NCBI GenBank assembly: GCA_965368975.1
Contig: CBDUPA010000003.1
Span: 256,001-320,000, forward strand
From: an uncultured bacterium
GTDB taxonomy: Bacteria; Acidobacteriota; Thermoanaerobaculia; Multivoradales; JAHZIX01
DNA length: 64,000 bases
Direction of reading: 5' to 3'
Shown piece by piece: positions 36,101 through 45,558 of the stretch. Made by a program: the position numbers and the translations under genes. The notes under the pieces are model-generated. The model searched no databases. It was not told where the DNA came from and saw nothing but the letters and a program-made list of their open reading frames with translations. How positions within the stretch are numbered: the stretch's first letter is position 1; the number at the start of each line of letters is the position of its first letter.

Positions 36101-39100
36101 TCAGGGCCAGTCGTGGATCGCACGTGGGTCGCCGCTGAGCCGGAAGCCGGCCCAGAAGTACGGTGGATAGTGCTCGGCCAGGGCCAACTGCGCCCGCCGC
36201 AACGCTTCGTCCTTGGGCAGGCCATCGAGGAGCCCCTGGTAGAGCTGCAGCATCAGCACCTCCGTCGCCACATCCGCCACCGTCCACAGTGAGGCCAGTA
36301 CGGCACGGGCTCCAGCGACTTCGAAAGCCCGCGTCATGCCGACGAGGCCTTCGCCGCGCACGTGCTCGCCGAGCGCGGTCTGGCAGGCGGACAGGACGAC
36401 CAGATCCGCGTCCAGCTGCAGCTCTTCGAACACTTCCCAGACCTGGAGACCACCGTTGTTCCGGTAGTCGAGTCGATCAGCTGGGTCCGGAGCCAGGAGC
36501 AAGGCCGACTCGGCGGGTAGCGCTGGCTCCAGCACGGCGTGTGTCGCTAGGTGCAGGACGCGCGCCGAGGGCGCCCAGGTGCGCAGCTGCCGCTCGCTGG
36601 CCTCGGAGCCGAGCAGCGTCTGTGCACCGGGCAGCAACGTGGCCAGAGCCTCGACTTCGGAAGTTGCTCCTGGGAGTGGGGGGAGGTTGGTCGAAGACCG
36701 CAGATCCGGTGCCAGGGCGACCAGAGGCACGCGTCGACCTTCGTCGACGTCTTCAGCCTCGGAGCCGGAGCGGGTGGAGAGCTGCCGATGTTCTTGGTAG
36801 CTGGTCGCGGAGAGCGCGAAGTGCAGAGGTTTCCACTGCACCAAGGTCTCGGCAACCCTCTCCGTCGGTAGCTTCTTCGGCAGCGGAAGAGCCGCGAAGG
36901 GGAGCAAGTGGAGAGGACCGTCGGGAAGGAGCAAGAGCCGCTGAGCGGGCTCTAAGCTGGGTGCCGCGGCTGCCAGCAAGCGGTCGAACAGCCGATGGCC
37001 AAAGGCCTGAGCCGCGGCCAGGCGACGAGCCCCTCGTTCAGAGGTCTCGATCGCCAGCGCTTCCTGCAGTAGCTCTCGATAGCGTGCCACCTCGCGTGCC
37101 AGCTCCGCTTCGCCGATCCCGAGCCGAAAGACGGAGATCTCCTGCCGCGACTGCAGGAGGAACAGGAACGACTCGTGCTCTCCGACACTGAAGCTGAGCA
37201 GGGCTGTTCCCGCTTCCAGCTGTGCCAGGACCTCGCTGCTGGTCAGGGGCTGGCGCGCTAGCAGAGCGGGACCGGCTTCGCGTTCACCCAGCATTTCCAG
37301 CAGACTGCGCCCCAGCGAGCGCTCGTGGACATCGAACGCTGCTTCCGGCTCACCCAGCTCGATCAGCAGGCGCGTCCGTGCACGGTACATTTCCACGAAG
37401 TCGGCGCGAAAGCGGGCGCGCAAGCGGTGCGAGCCACCGAGGTGGTCGACCTGCCCCTCCAACGCCTGTAGACCTCGCCGTAAGGACTCGGCAGCCTCGG
37501 CACGGGCACCGCGCGCCAGCATCAAGCGGGCCAAGGCGTCGTACAGCTCAGCCGTCTGTGCGGTGGCTGGTTCCAGGCGCAGCTGCAGCTCCAGGGCTCG
37601 CCGGAAAGCTGCTTCCGCCAGCACAGGCTGGCCGGCGGCGGCGGCAGCGGTGCCGATCTGGAAATGGCTGAACACCACATCGAACCCCACGGCATCCTGG
37701 CGAGACGAGTCCACGGTCCCAGACTGTTCCCGTAAGCGCAACGCCTGCGTGTGCAGCCGCAAGGCCGTCTCCGGATCGCCGCCTTGCAGTGCCAGCAGTG
37801 CCAGGTTGTCGACCGCGACAGCTCGATCGAGAGGAGTTTCCTGAGACACGGCGTCGCGGTGGCGCCGGTACCAGGCGTGTGCCCCTTCGAGGTCGCCGTC
37901 CATGAGGGCCACGTCGCCGAGATTGAGCAGCGTCGTCGCGGACTCGGCCGGCTCGGTGGCGTGTGCCTGCTTGTGCTCCAAGGCTTCGAGCAGCAGCTCA
38001 CGCGCTCGCGGTAGGTCGCCGCGCTGGTACGCCACGCGTCCAAGGTTGTTGAGGGTCGAGCCGAGTTGGACATCGAAAGCAGAATCACGATCCACCAGGC
38101 GCCGCTCCAGTTCCAGGGCCCGCTGCAGGTAGTCCCAGGCCAGGCTGTAGTGCCCGCGGCTGATCGCCAGGCTGCTCAGGTTGTTGAAGGTACCCGCCAC
38201 GCCGGGACTTTCCGGTGCCAATTCCAGTCGTAGGCGAAGTGACGCGAGCAGATGGGCTTCCGCCTCGAGCGGAGCACCGCTCCGGATGGCGACATACGCC
38301 AGGCCATTGAGGGTGTTGGCGAGCGGCAGGCTGTGCGGCGCTCGCGCTTCCTGGATACGATGCGCGCGGCTGTAAGCGTCGCGGGCCGGTGCGGTCTCGC
38401 CACGCTGCATCGAGATGTGACCGAGGCTGTACCAGCGCAGGGCGACCAGCAGCGGCGTTTCGTTCTCGTCGAGTTCGGCCAGGTCCGCCTCGAAGGTCGT
38501 GCGGGCACCTTGCAGGTCTCCAAGACTGTATTGTGCTCTCGCCAGAGCATCGCGCAAGCAAGAGCGGGCCCGGGCCGCAGCGGCAGTGCCGACGAGCTGT
38601 TGTAGCCGCGTGATTCGCCTGTCCGGAGACAGCAAGCGCACACCTTGCCACTGTAGCCACAGCGCAGCATTCTCGTCGTGCACGCGGCCCGCCAAGCGTT
38701 GCCACGAGGAGGCCTCGGCATTGTTCGGGGGCAGTTCTGTCGCCGGCAGTTCGCTGGCTGGTACAGAGGGCCGCACCTTGACGCCCCAGGCTCCGGGGGC
38801 CACCGCCAGCGCGAGAGGCACCGTGCGCCCGTCCGTCTCGGTTCTTTCGCCGTGCAGAATTAGAGGGCCGCGCGCTGCCTGCTCGCTCTCCAGCCAGCAC
38901 CAGTCGAAGGGGCCCTTGAGATCTTCGGACACGGGCTCCGCGCCTGTAGCGCGAGACCAGCCGGTGAGCATGTCGCCGCGCTGGAGCCCGGCTGCCGCCG
39001 GTGCCGAGCCTGCCGGCACCTCCGTCACGATCACGCCCGGCAGCACGGTCAGTTGTGGCGGTACCTCGTCCGTCGCGGCAGGAGCACAAGCCCAGCCGAG

Positions 39101-39145
39101 GCACGTAGCGAGCGCGACGCCTGCGAGCGACCCACGAGGTTTCAT
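36101..39145 (-). CDS. CHAT-domain (caspase HetF-like) protease with PDZ-like and TPR domains, N-terminal signal/lipobox
   Basis: HLATHA and LSACQT His/Cys dyad, PDGPLHLLPFAAL, ASLWTVAD, PYFWAGF; NNLG TPRs; PAGSAPAAAGLQRGD PDZ motif; GWAC. Confidence 0.92.
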   Translation of the reverse strand: MKPRGSLAGVALATCLGWACAPAATDEVPPQLTVLPGVIVTEVPAGSAPAAAGLQRGDMLTGWSRATGAEPVSEDLKGPFDWCWLESEQAARGPLILHGERTETDGRTVPLALAVAPGAWGVKVRPSVPASELPATELPPNNAEASSWQRLAGRVHDENAALWLQWQGVRLLSPDRRITRLQQLVGTAAAARARSCLRDALARAQYSLGDLQGARTTFEADLAELDENETPLLVALRWYSLGHISMQRGETAPARDAYSRAHRIQEARAPHSLPLANTLNGLAYVAIRSGAPLEAEAHLLASLRLRLELAPESPGVAGTFNNLSSLAISRGHYSLAWDYLQRALELERRLVDRDSAFDVQLGSTLNNLGRVAYQRGDLPRARELLLEALEHKQAHATEPAESATTLLNLGDVALMDGDLEGAHAWYRRHRDAVSQETPLDRAVAVDNLALLALQGGDPETALRLHTQALRLREQSGTVDSSRQDAVGFDVVFSHFQIGTAAAAAGQPVLAEAAFRRALELQLRLEPATAQTAELYDALARLMLARGARAEAAESLRRGLQALEGQVDHLGGSHRLRARFRADFVEMYRARTRLLIELGEPEAAFDVHERSLGRSLLEMLGEREAGPALLARQPLTSSEVLAQLEAGTALLSFSVGEHESFLFLLQSRQEISVFRLGIGEAELAREVARYRELLQEALAIETSERGARRLAAAQAFGHRLFDRLLAAAAPSLEPAQRLLLLPDGPLHLLPFAALPLPKKLPTERVAETLVQWKPLHFALSATSYQEHRQLSTRSGSEAEDVDEGRRVPLVALAPDLRSSTNLPPLPGATSEVEALATLLPGAQTLLGSEASERQLRTWAPSARVLHLATHAVLEPALPAESALLLAPDPADRLDYRNNGGLQVWEVFEELQLDADLVVLSACQTALGEHVRGEGLVGMTRAFEVAGARAVLASLWTVADVATEVLMLQLYQGLLDGLPKDEALRRAQLALAEHYPPYFWAGFRLSGDPRAIHDWP

Positions 39146-39251
39146 CGGAAGCGGCAGCTTACCACTGCCAGCGAGGCTTCGATCGACGTGGATCGGAGCT
39201 GCTAAGCTGGGCTGAAACCCAGGACAGTTGATTTCCAGAGGAGTTGAAGCC

Positions 39252-39535
39252 TTGCAGGAAAGAGTCGCGAGCGGTCTGGATCAGCTGATCCAGCAATGGA
39301 CCGGTAGCCAAAGCTGCTGGTGCAACTTGTCCTGTGCCACGCTTTCCTGCTCGACGACCTCTTGCTCCAGGGCATCCCCTGCGACCCCACGTGGCTACGT
39401 GCCGCCCTGCTCGACGACAGCCGTGGACCCATGGCTATCTTTTTCCTGGCTTTGGTCGCCGGAGCCCTGCCACCCACGCTGATCCTGGCACGAGAGTCTT
39501 TGGACGACGCTGGAGGAGGAGGGGAAGTGCGTTGA
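39252..39535 (+). pseudogene. possible frameshifted small gene
   Basis: SD GAGGAG plus TTG 39252; GC3-rich coding appears to continue in the -1 frame from 39311 (KLLVQLVL...) to TGA 39535. Confidence 0.3.
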
Positions 39536-39559
39536 CTGACGTGGAGCTGCTGCCTGTAG

Positions 39560-41056
39560 CTATTTCTTCTTCTTCCGCTTCGGCAGATACAGATCCGTCA
39601 AGGTCCCCGCGAACGCCTCCGCCGACATCGCGACGGTTTCGGACAGCGTCGGATGCGGGTGCACGGTCAGGCCGATGTCCTCGGCTTCGCAGTCCATCTC
39701 GATCGCCAGCGCCACCTCGGCGATCAGATCACCGGCATTCGGTCCGACGATACCGCCGCCGAGGACGCGCTTCGTCTCGGGATCGAAGAGCAGCTTGGTG
39801 CTGCCTTCGCTGCGGCCCAGCGCCAGCGATCTGCCGTTGGCCGCCCATGGGAAGGCCGCTCGCTCGTACTTCGTGCCGTCCGCCTTCGCCTGCGTTTCCG
39901 TCAGGCCGACCCAGGCGACTTCCGGGTCGGTGTAGGCGACGCTGGGGATGACACGGGCATCGAAGGCGGCGGGTTCGCCGGCGATGACTTCGGCGGCGGT
40001 CTTGCCTTCGTGCACGGCCTTGTGGGCGAGCATCGGTTGGCCGGTGAGGTCGCCGATGGCGAAGATGTTCGAGACGTTGGTGCGCAGCTGGCGGTCGACG
40101 GGAACGAAGCCGCGGTCGGTGACGTCGAGACTGGCGGCTTCGGCGTTCAGCTGGTCTCCGTTGGGCCGGCGGCCGACGGCGGAGAGGACTTTGTCGAAGG
40201 TTGCGGTCTTGGGGACTTTCGTATCGCCGTCCGGGCCTTCGAAGGTGACCTTCAAGCCCTGTTTCTGTTGCTCGACAGCAGTGACCTTGGTCTGCAGGTA
40301 GATGTTTTCGTACCGTGCGGCGATGCGCTTGTGTAGGGGGCGTACGAGGTCTTTGTCGCAGCCAGGGATCAGGCTGTCCATCAGTTCGACGACGGTGATC
40401 TTGGAGCCCAGTGCGTGGTAGACCGTTGCCATCTCGAGGCCGATGATGCCGCCGCCGAGGATCAGCAGGCGCTTGGGCACGTCGGTGAGTTCGAGGGCAC
40501 TCGTCGAGTCGAGGACGCGCGGGTCGTCGGGTAGGAAGGGCAGGCGCACGACCCTGGAGCCGGTAGCGAGGATGGCGGCGTCGAAGGCCACGGTCTTCGT
40601 CGAACCCTCGTGCTCGACTTCCAGCGTGTACTTCGACGTCAGGCGGCCGGTGCCCTGGACGACGGTCACTTTGCGGGCCTTGCTCATCGACGCGATACCG
40701 CCGGTCAGCTTGCTGACCACGCTGTCCTTCCAGCCGCGCAGGGCGTCGAGGTCGATCTTGGGCTTGCCGAAGCGGATGCCGTGCTCGGCGAAGTCGGCGG
40801 CTTCGTCGATTACCTTGGCGGCGTGCAGCAGCGCCTTGGACGGGATACAACCGACGTTGAGGCAGACGCCGCCAAGGTTGGGGTAGCGCTCGACGAGCAC
40901 GACCGTCTTGCCCAGGTCCGCGGCGCGGAAAGCGGCACTGTAGCCGCCGGGGCCGGAGCCGAGGACGAGTACTTCGGCGTGCAGGTCAGCGGCGTCGCGT
41001 ACGTTCTTAGGGGCGGGTTCGATAGCCGGTGGAGTCGCGTTCGAGAGTTCGCTCAT
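39560..41056 (-). CDS. lpdA: dihydrolipoamide dehydrogenase (E3)
   Basis: GSGPGGY, GGVCLNVGCIPSK, GGGIIG, HPHPTLSE. Confidence 0.97.
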   Translation of the reverse strand: MSELSNATPPAIEPAPKNVRDAADLHAEVLVLGSGPGGYSAAFRAADLGKTVVLVERYPNLGGVCLNVGCIPSKALLHAAKVIDEAADFAEHGIRFGKPKIDLDALRGWKDSVVSKLTGGIASMSKARKVTVVQGTGRLTSKYTLEVEHEGSTKTVAFDAAILATGSRVVRLPFLPDDPRVLDSTSALELTDVPKRLLILGGGIIGLEMATVYHALGSKITVVELMDSLIPGCDKDLVRPLHKRIAARYENIYLQTKVTAVEQQKQGLKVTFEGPDGDTKVPKTATFDKVLSAVGRRPNGDQLNAEAASLDVTDRGFVPVDRQLRTNVSNIFAIGDLTGQPMLAHKAVHEGKTAAEVIAGEPAAFDARVIPSVAYTDPEVAWVGLTETQAKADGTKYERAAFPWAANGRSLALGRSEGSTKLLFDPETKRVLGGGIVGPNAGDLIAEVALAIEMDCEAEDIGLTVHPHPTLSETVAMSAEAFAGTLTDLYLPKRKKKK

Positions 41057-41076
41057 GGTGCCTCGTCTCCCGGGGT

Positions 41077-42414
41077 TCACAGCAACAGCCGGCGCATGTC
41101 GGTCAGCAGGCTGCTCAGGTAGGTGATGAAGCGGGCACCAGCGGCGCCGTCGATCACTCGGTGATCGTAGGACAGAGCCAAGGGCATCATCAGGCGTGGC
41201 ACGAACTCACCCTTGTCGGTATCCCAGATCGGTTTCATGGCGTTGCGCGCGACGCCCAGGATGGCGACCTCGGGGGCGTTGACCAGCGGCGTGAAGTTGG
41301 TGCCACCGATGCCGCCGAGGCTGGAGATGGAGAAGCAGCCGCCCTGCAGGTCGCCGGGGGTGAGCTTCTTGTCTCGCGCCTTGACGCTGGCGGCGACGAC
41401 TTCTTCGGCTAGCTGGTAGAGGCCCTTCTGGTCGACGTCGCGGATCACCGGCACCACCAGGCCGTCAGGGGTATCGACCGCGACGCCGATGTGCACGTAC
41501 TTCTTGACGATCAGGTTCTCACCGTCAGGAGCCAGTGAGCTGTTGAAGTCCGGATACTCCTTGAGCGCGGCGGCACAGGCCTTGAGCAGGAAGGCGAGGG
41601 GCGTCAGCTTGTAACCCTTCTGCTTGGCCTCGGCGGCGTGGCCCTTGCGGAAGGCTTCCAGCTCGGTGACGTCGGCCTCGTCGTATTGGGTGACCAGGGG
41701 CACGTGCAGCCAGGCGCGGTGCAGGTGGGTCGCGGAGACCTTGCGGATGCGACTGAGCTTCTTGCTCTCGACTTCACCGAATTTGGAGAAGTCGATCGCG
41801 GGCATGGGCGGGATCCCCGCGCCAGCACTGGTGCCGCCGGTTTGCAGCTGGGCCAGCGTTGCCTTGACGTAGTTCTGCACGTCCTCGCGCAGGATGCGTC
41901 CCTTGCGCCCGCTGCCCTGGACGTCGCCGAGGCCGACGCCGAGTTCGCGCGCGAAGCGGCGGATCGCCGGGCTGGCGTGGGCGTCGCGGTGCGCCTCGTC
42001 GTCGATCGAGCGATCGGAGGAAGCCTGGGCAGGTGTGCTCGGGGGGGCAGCGGAGGCCCCGCTCGCGGGCTCCTGGGCGGCTGCCGTGTCGTCGCTGGTC
42101 TCATCTTTGCGTGCGGCTTCAGCTTGGGGCGCCTCGGCCTTGGCCTTGGCCTTGGCCGGGCTCGTACCGTCACCGGCCGCGGTTTCGACCAGCGCGATAA
42201 CCGAGCCCGTCTGGACTTTGTCGCCGACCTTTACCTTCACTTCGGTGATCTTGCCTGCTTCGCTGGAGGGGACCTCCATTGAGGCTTTGTCGCTTTCCAG
42301 CGCCAACAGGGAGTCGTCGACCGCGACCTCGTCGCCGACGGCGACCAGCACTTCGACCACGTCGACTTCGTCGCTGCCGATGTCTGGAACCTTGATTTCT
42401 CGAATCTCAGCCAC
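41077..42414 (-). CDS. aceF: pyruvate dehydrogenase E2, single lipoyl domain
   Basis: ESDKASMEVP, ASPAIRRFARE, YDHRVIDGA. Confidence 0.97.
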   Translation of the reverse strand: MAEIREIKVPDIGSDEVDVVEVLVAVGDEVAVDDSLLALESDKASMEVPSSEAGKITEVKVKVGDKVQTGSVIALVETAAGDGTSPAKAKAKAEAPQAEAARKDETSDDTAAAQEPASGASAAPPSTPAQASSDRSIDDEAHRDAHASPAIRRFARELGVGLGDVQGSGRKGRILREDVQNYVKATLAQLQTGGTSAGAGIPPMPAIDFSKFGEVESKKLSRIRKVSATHLHRAWLHVPLVTQYDEADVTELEAFRKGHAAEAKQKGYKLTPLAFLLKACAAALKEYPDFNSSLAPDGENLIVKKYVHIGVAVDTPDGLVVPVIRDVDQKGLYQLAEEVVAASVKARDKKLTPGDLQGGCFSISSLGGIGGTNFTPLVNAPEVAILGVARNAMKPIWDTDKGEFVPRLMMPLALSYDHRVIDGAAGARFITYLSSLLTDMRRLLL

Positions 42415-42433
42415 TCGTCTGCCTCCACTCTGC

Positions 42434-45205
42434 TCAGGTCAACATGGGATTGGGACGATCCGGGTCGATGTCCAGGTCTTTCATTGCTTGGGTGACGTCG
42501 GCGGCGTTCAGCTGGCCGTCGTCGGCCAGGGCCTTGAGCGCGGCCTGCACGACGAAGCGACGGTCGACCTCGAAGAAGTCGCGCAGCGCCTCGCGCGTAT
42601 CACTACGGCCGAAGCCGTCGGTGCCCAGGGTGACGTAGCGCGTCGGTACCCAGGGGCGGATCTGTTCGGCGAACAGGCGTTGGTAGTCGGTGGAGGCGAT
42701 CACCGGACCCGGTGTCTCGGCCAACTGGGCGCCGAGCTGCTGCTCCACCCAGGTCTGGCGCGGCTCCTGCTCTGGATGCAGGCGGTTCCAGCGGTCGACG
42801 TCCTCGCCGTCGCGCCGCAGCTGGTTGAAGCTGGTGGCGCTCCACACGTCGGCTAGAACGCCATAGCGTTCCTCCAGGATCTCGGCGGCCGCCTGCACCT
42901 CGCGCAGGATCGTACCGCTGCCGAGGAGCTGGACGCGCGGGGCCTTCCGGGTCTTGATGCTCGGGCTCTTGCCCTTCTTGCTACCCTTGGCCGGCGCCGG
43001 CGTGGCGGTGCGCAGACGGTAGAGGCCGCGCAGGATGCCTTCCTCGGCACCCTCGGGCATCGCTGGCTGCGGGTAGTTCTCGTTCATCACCGTCAGGTAG
43101 TAGAAGCCGTCTTCCTGCTCGACCAGCATGCGGCGCAGGCCGTCCAGCAGGATGACCGCGACCTCGTAGGCGAAGGTGGGGTCATAGGCGCGGCAGGCGG
43201 GGTAGGTGGCGGCCAGCAGATGGCTATGTCCGTCCTCGTGCTGCAGCCCCTCGCCGTTCAGCGTCGTGCGGCCGGCCGTGGCGCCGAGCAAGAAGCCGCG
43301 GGCACGCTGGTCGCCGGCCAGCCAGGCCAGGTCGCCTATGCGCTGGAAGCCGAACATCGAGTAGTAGATGTAGAAGGGAATCATCGGCACGCCGTGGTTG
43401 GCGTAGGAGGTCGCGGCGGTGAGCCAGGAAGTGAATGCGCCGGCCTCGTTGATGCCTTCCTGCAGTAGCTGGCCGTCCTGGCTCTCTTTGTAGAACATCA
43501 GCTGGTCGGCGTCGACCGGCGTGTACTTCTGACCTTCCGGCGCATAGATGCCGATCTGACGGAACAGCCCTTCCATGCCGAAGGTGCGCGCTTCATCAGC
43601 GACGATCGGCACCAGGTGTTCCTTGAGCCGTTTGTCGCGCGCCAGGATGGTCAGCACACGCACGAAAGCCATGGTGGTCGACATCTCGCGGTCTTCGCCG
43701 GTGCCGTCGAGCAGGACCTGGAAGGTGTCTAGCTCGGGAACGGGCAGCTGCGGTGCCTGGTGGACGCGCGTCGGCAGGTAGCCGCCCAGCTCTTTGCGCC
43801 GGGCGTGGAGGTACTGCATCTCCGGGCTGTCGGCGTCCGGCACGAAGAACTCGAGATCGCGCACGTGCTCGCGCGTCAGCTGTAGCTGGAAGCGTTCGCG
43901 GAAGGCCTCGAGTTCCTCTTCCTTCATTTTCTTTTGCTGGTGGCTGATGTTGAGGCCTTCAGCGGCGGTCCCGAGGCCGAAACCCTTGACCGTGTGGGCC
44001 AGGATCACTGTGGGTTGGCCGCTGCCTCGTTCGCCGTGCCCGGCGCCGTGCTCAATGGCGGCCCGGTAGGCGGCGTAGATCTTACGTCGGTCGTGGCCGC
44101 CGGGAATCAGCTGCTGCTTGAGTTCCTCGTTGCTCAGGTGGGCGACAAGCTGGCGCAACTCGGGGGTGTTGAACAGGTGCTCGCGCATGTAGGCCCCATC
44201 CTTGGCCGAGACGTTCTGGTACTCGCCGTCGACGATGGCGTTGAGCCGCTCGAGCAACTGACCGCTGCTGTCGCGCGCCAGCAGGTCGTCCCAGGCGGAA
44301 CTCCATACGACCTTGAGCACGTTCCAGCCAGCGCCGCGGAAGATGCCTTCCATCTCCTGCAAGATCTTGCCGTTGCCGCGCACCGGGCCGTCGAGTCGCT
44401 GCAGGTTGCAGTTGAGCACGAAGACCAGGTTGTCGAGCTTCTCGTTGGCCGCCACGTTGAGGCAGCCGAGGGTTTCCGGCTCACTGCTTTCGCCATCGCC
44501 GATGAAGCACCAGACGCGACGCTGGGTGTTGTGCTCGGAGGCGAGCAGGCCGCGGTTCTGGAGGTACTTGAGGAAGCGGGCCTGGTAAATGGCGGCGAGG
44601 GGGCCGAGGCCCATCGAGACGGTGGCGAATTGCCAGAAGTCGGGCATCAGCCAGGGGTGCGGGTAGGACGACAGGCCGCTCGGCGTGTCGGCACCGGCAC
44701 CGGCTACCTCGCGCCGGAAGGCGAGCATCTGGTCGCGCGTCACGCGGCCTTCGAGGAAGGCGCGCGAGTAGACGCCGGGCGAGGAGTGCCCTTGCAGGTA
44801 GACGAGGTCGCCGCGATGCTCGTCGGTAGGAGCCTTCCAGAAGTGGTTGAAGCCCATCTCGAACAAGTGCGCGACGGAGGCATAGCTGGCGATGTGACCG
44901 CCGACGCCGCTGTAGTCACGGTTGGCGCGCACGACAGCGACGATGGCGTTCCAGCGCAGGATGGCCAGCAGCCGCTCTTCTAGCTCACCGTCACCGGGTG
45001 GCTGCGGCTCGCGGTCGGCAGCGATGGTGTTGATGTAGGGCGTGCCGATGCCTGTGGATGGCGCCGCGCCGATGCGTTCGGCTTGCCGGCGCAGGGCTTC
45101 GAGCAGAAAACGTGCCCGCTCCGGGCCGTCGTGCTCGAGCACCGAGGCCAAGGAGTCGAGCCATTCTTGGGTCTCGACGGGATCGATATCGTGAATCTGG
45201 CTCAT
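42434..45205 (-). CDS. aceE: pyruvate dehydrogenase E1, homodimeric type
   Basis: DIDPVETQEW, SSYPHPWLMP, GDGE, DGFGRSDTR. Confidence 0.98.
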   Translation of the reverse strand: MSQIHDIDPVETQEWLDSLASVLEHDGPERARFLLEALRRQAERIGAAPSTGIGTPYINTIAADREPQPPGDGELEERLLAILRWNAIVAVVRANRDYSGVGGHIASYASVAHLFEMGFNHFWKAPTDEHRGDLVYLQGHSSPGVYSRAFLEGRVTRDQMLAFRREVAGAGADTPSGLSSYPHPWLMPDFWQFATVSMGLGPLAAIYQARFLKYLQNRGLLASEHNTQRRVWCFIGDGESSEPETLGCLNVAANEKLDNLVFVLNCNLQRLDGPVRGNGKILQEMEGIFRGAGWNVLKVVWSSAWDDLLARDSSGQLLERLNAIVDGEYQNVSAKDGAYMREHLFNTPELRQLVAHLSNEELKQQLIPGGHDRRKIYAAYRAAIEHGAGHGERGSGQPTVILAHTVKGFGLGTAAEGLNISHQQKKMKEEELEAFRERFQLQLTREHVRDLEFFVPDADSPEMQYLHARRKELGGYLPTRVHQAPQLPVPELDTFQVLLDGTGEDREMSTTMAFVRVLTILARDKRLKEHLVPIVADEARTFGMEGLFRQIGIYAPEGQKYTPVDADQLMFYKESQDGQLLQEGINEAGAFTSWLTAATSYANHGVPMIPFYIYYSMFGFQRIGDLAWLAGDQRARGFLLGATAGRTTLNGEGLQHEDGHSHLLAATYPACRAYDPTFAYEVAVILLDGLRRMLVEQEDGFYYLTVMNENYPQPAMPEGAEEGILRGLYRLRTATPAPAKGSKKGKSPSIKTRKAPRVQLLGSGTILREVQAAAEILEERYGVLADVWSATSFNQLRRDGEDVDRWNRLHPEQEPRQTWVEQQLGAQLAETPGPVIASTDYQRLFAEQIRPWVPTRYVTLGTDGFGRSDTREALRDFFEVDRRFVVQAALKALADDGQLNAADVTQAMKDLDIDPDRPNPMLT

Positions 45206-45495
45206 GAATTCCGGCTCAGGATCAAGGCTTCCGCGGAATCGGAGTGCGGAAGCGAAATGGGCTGTTCAACTGGCTGGGGCGCGTGAACTCGAAGCGAGGC
45301 ATGAACTGGCTGGGATCGGTGCTGCAGTGTGGAGCGCCAAGGTACTGTCGAGCGCCAAGGGCTGGCTTGAACAGTTGATGTCATGCGCCGTGAAGGTGGC
45401 AGATGTCGACCCTGCGTGTCAAGAAGATGTCACGGTCCGCTGAAGACATGGGGCGGAAAAAACGCAGCACGATCAGCGCTTTGCACTGCTGGCGA

Positions 45496-45504
45496 TGCTA
45501 AACT
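45496..45504 (+). promoter_or_regulatory. putative extended -10 (TG-C-TAAACT) of the glycosyltransferase operon
   Basis: Motif in the AT-richer divergent intergenic region. Confidence 0.4.
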
Positions 45505-45558
45505 ACTTTGGTGGGCCGCTCGACGCCTGCTCGCCATCAAACACCCCAGTTGACCACT

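Noticed and set aside
39252-39482. RiPP precursor
   Set aside because: No modifying enzyme nearby; Cys/Ser/Thr richness is explained by off-frame reading.
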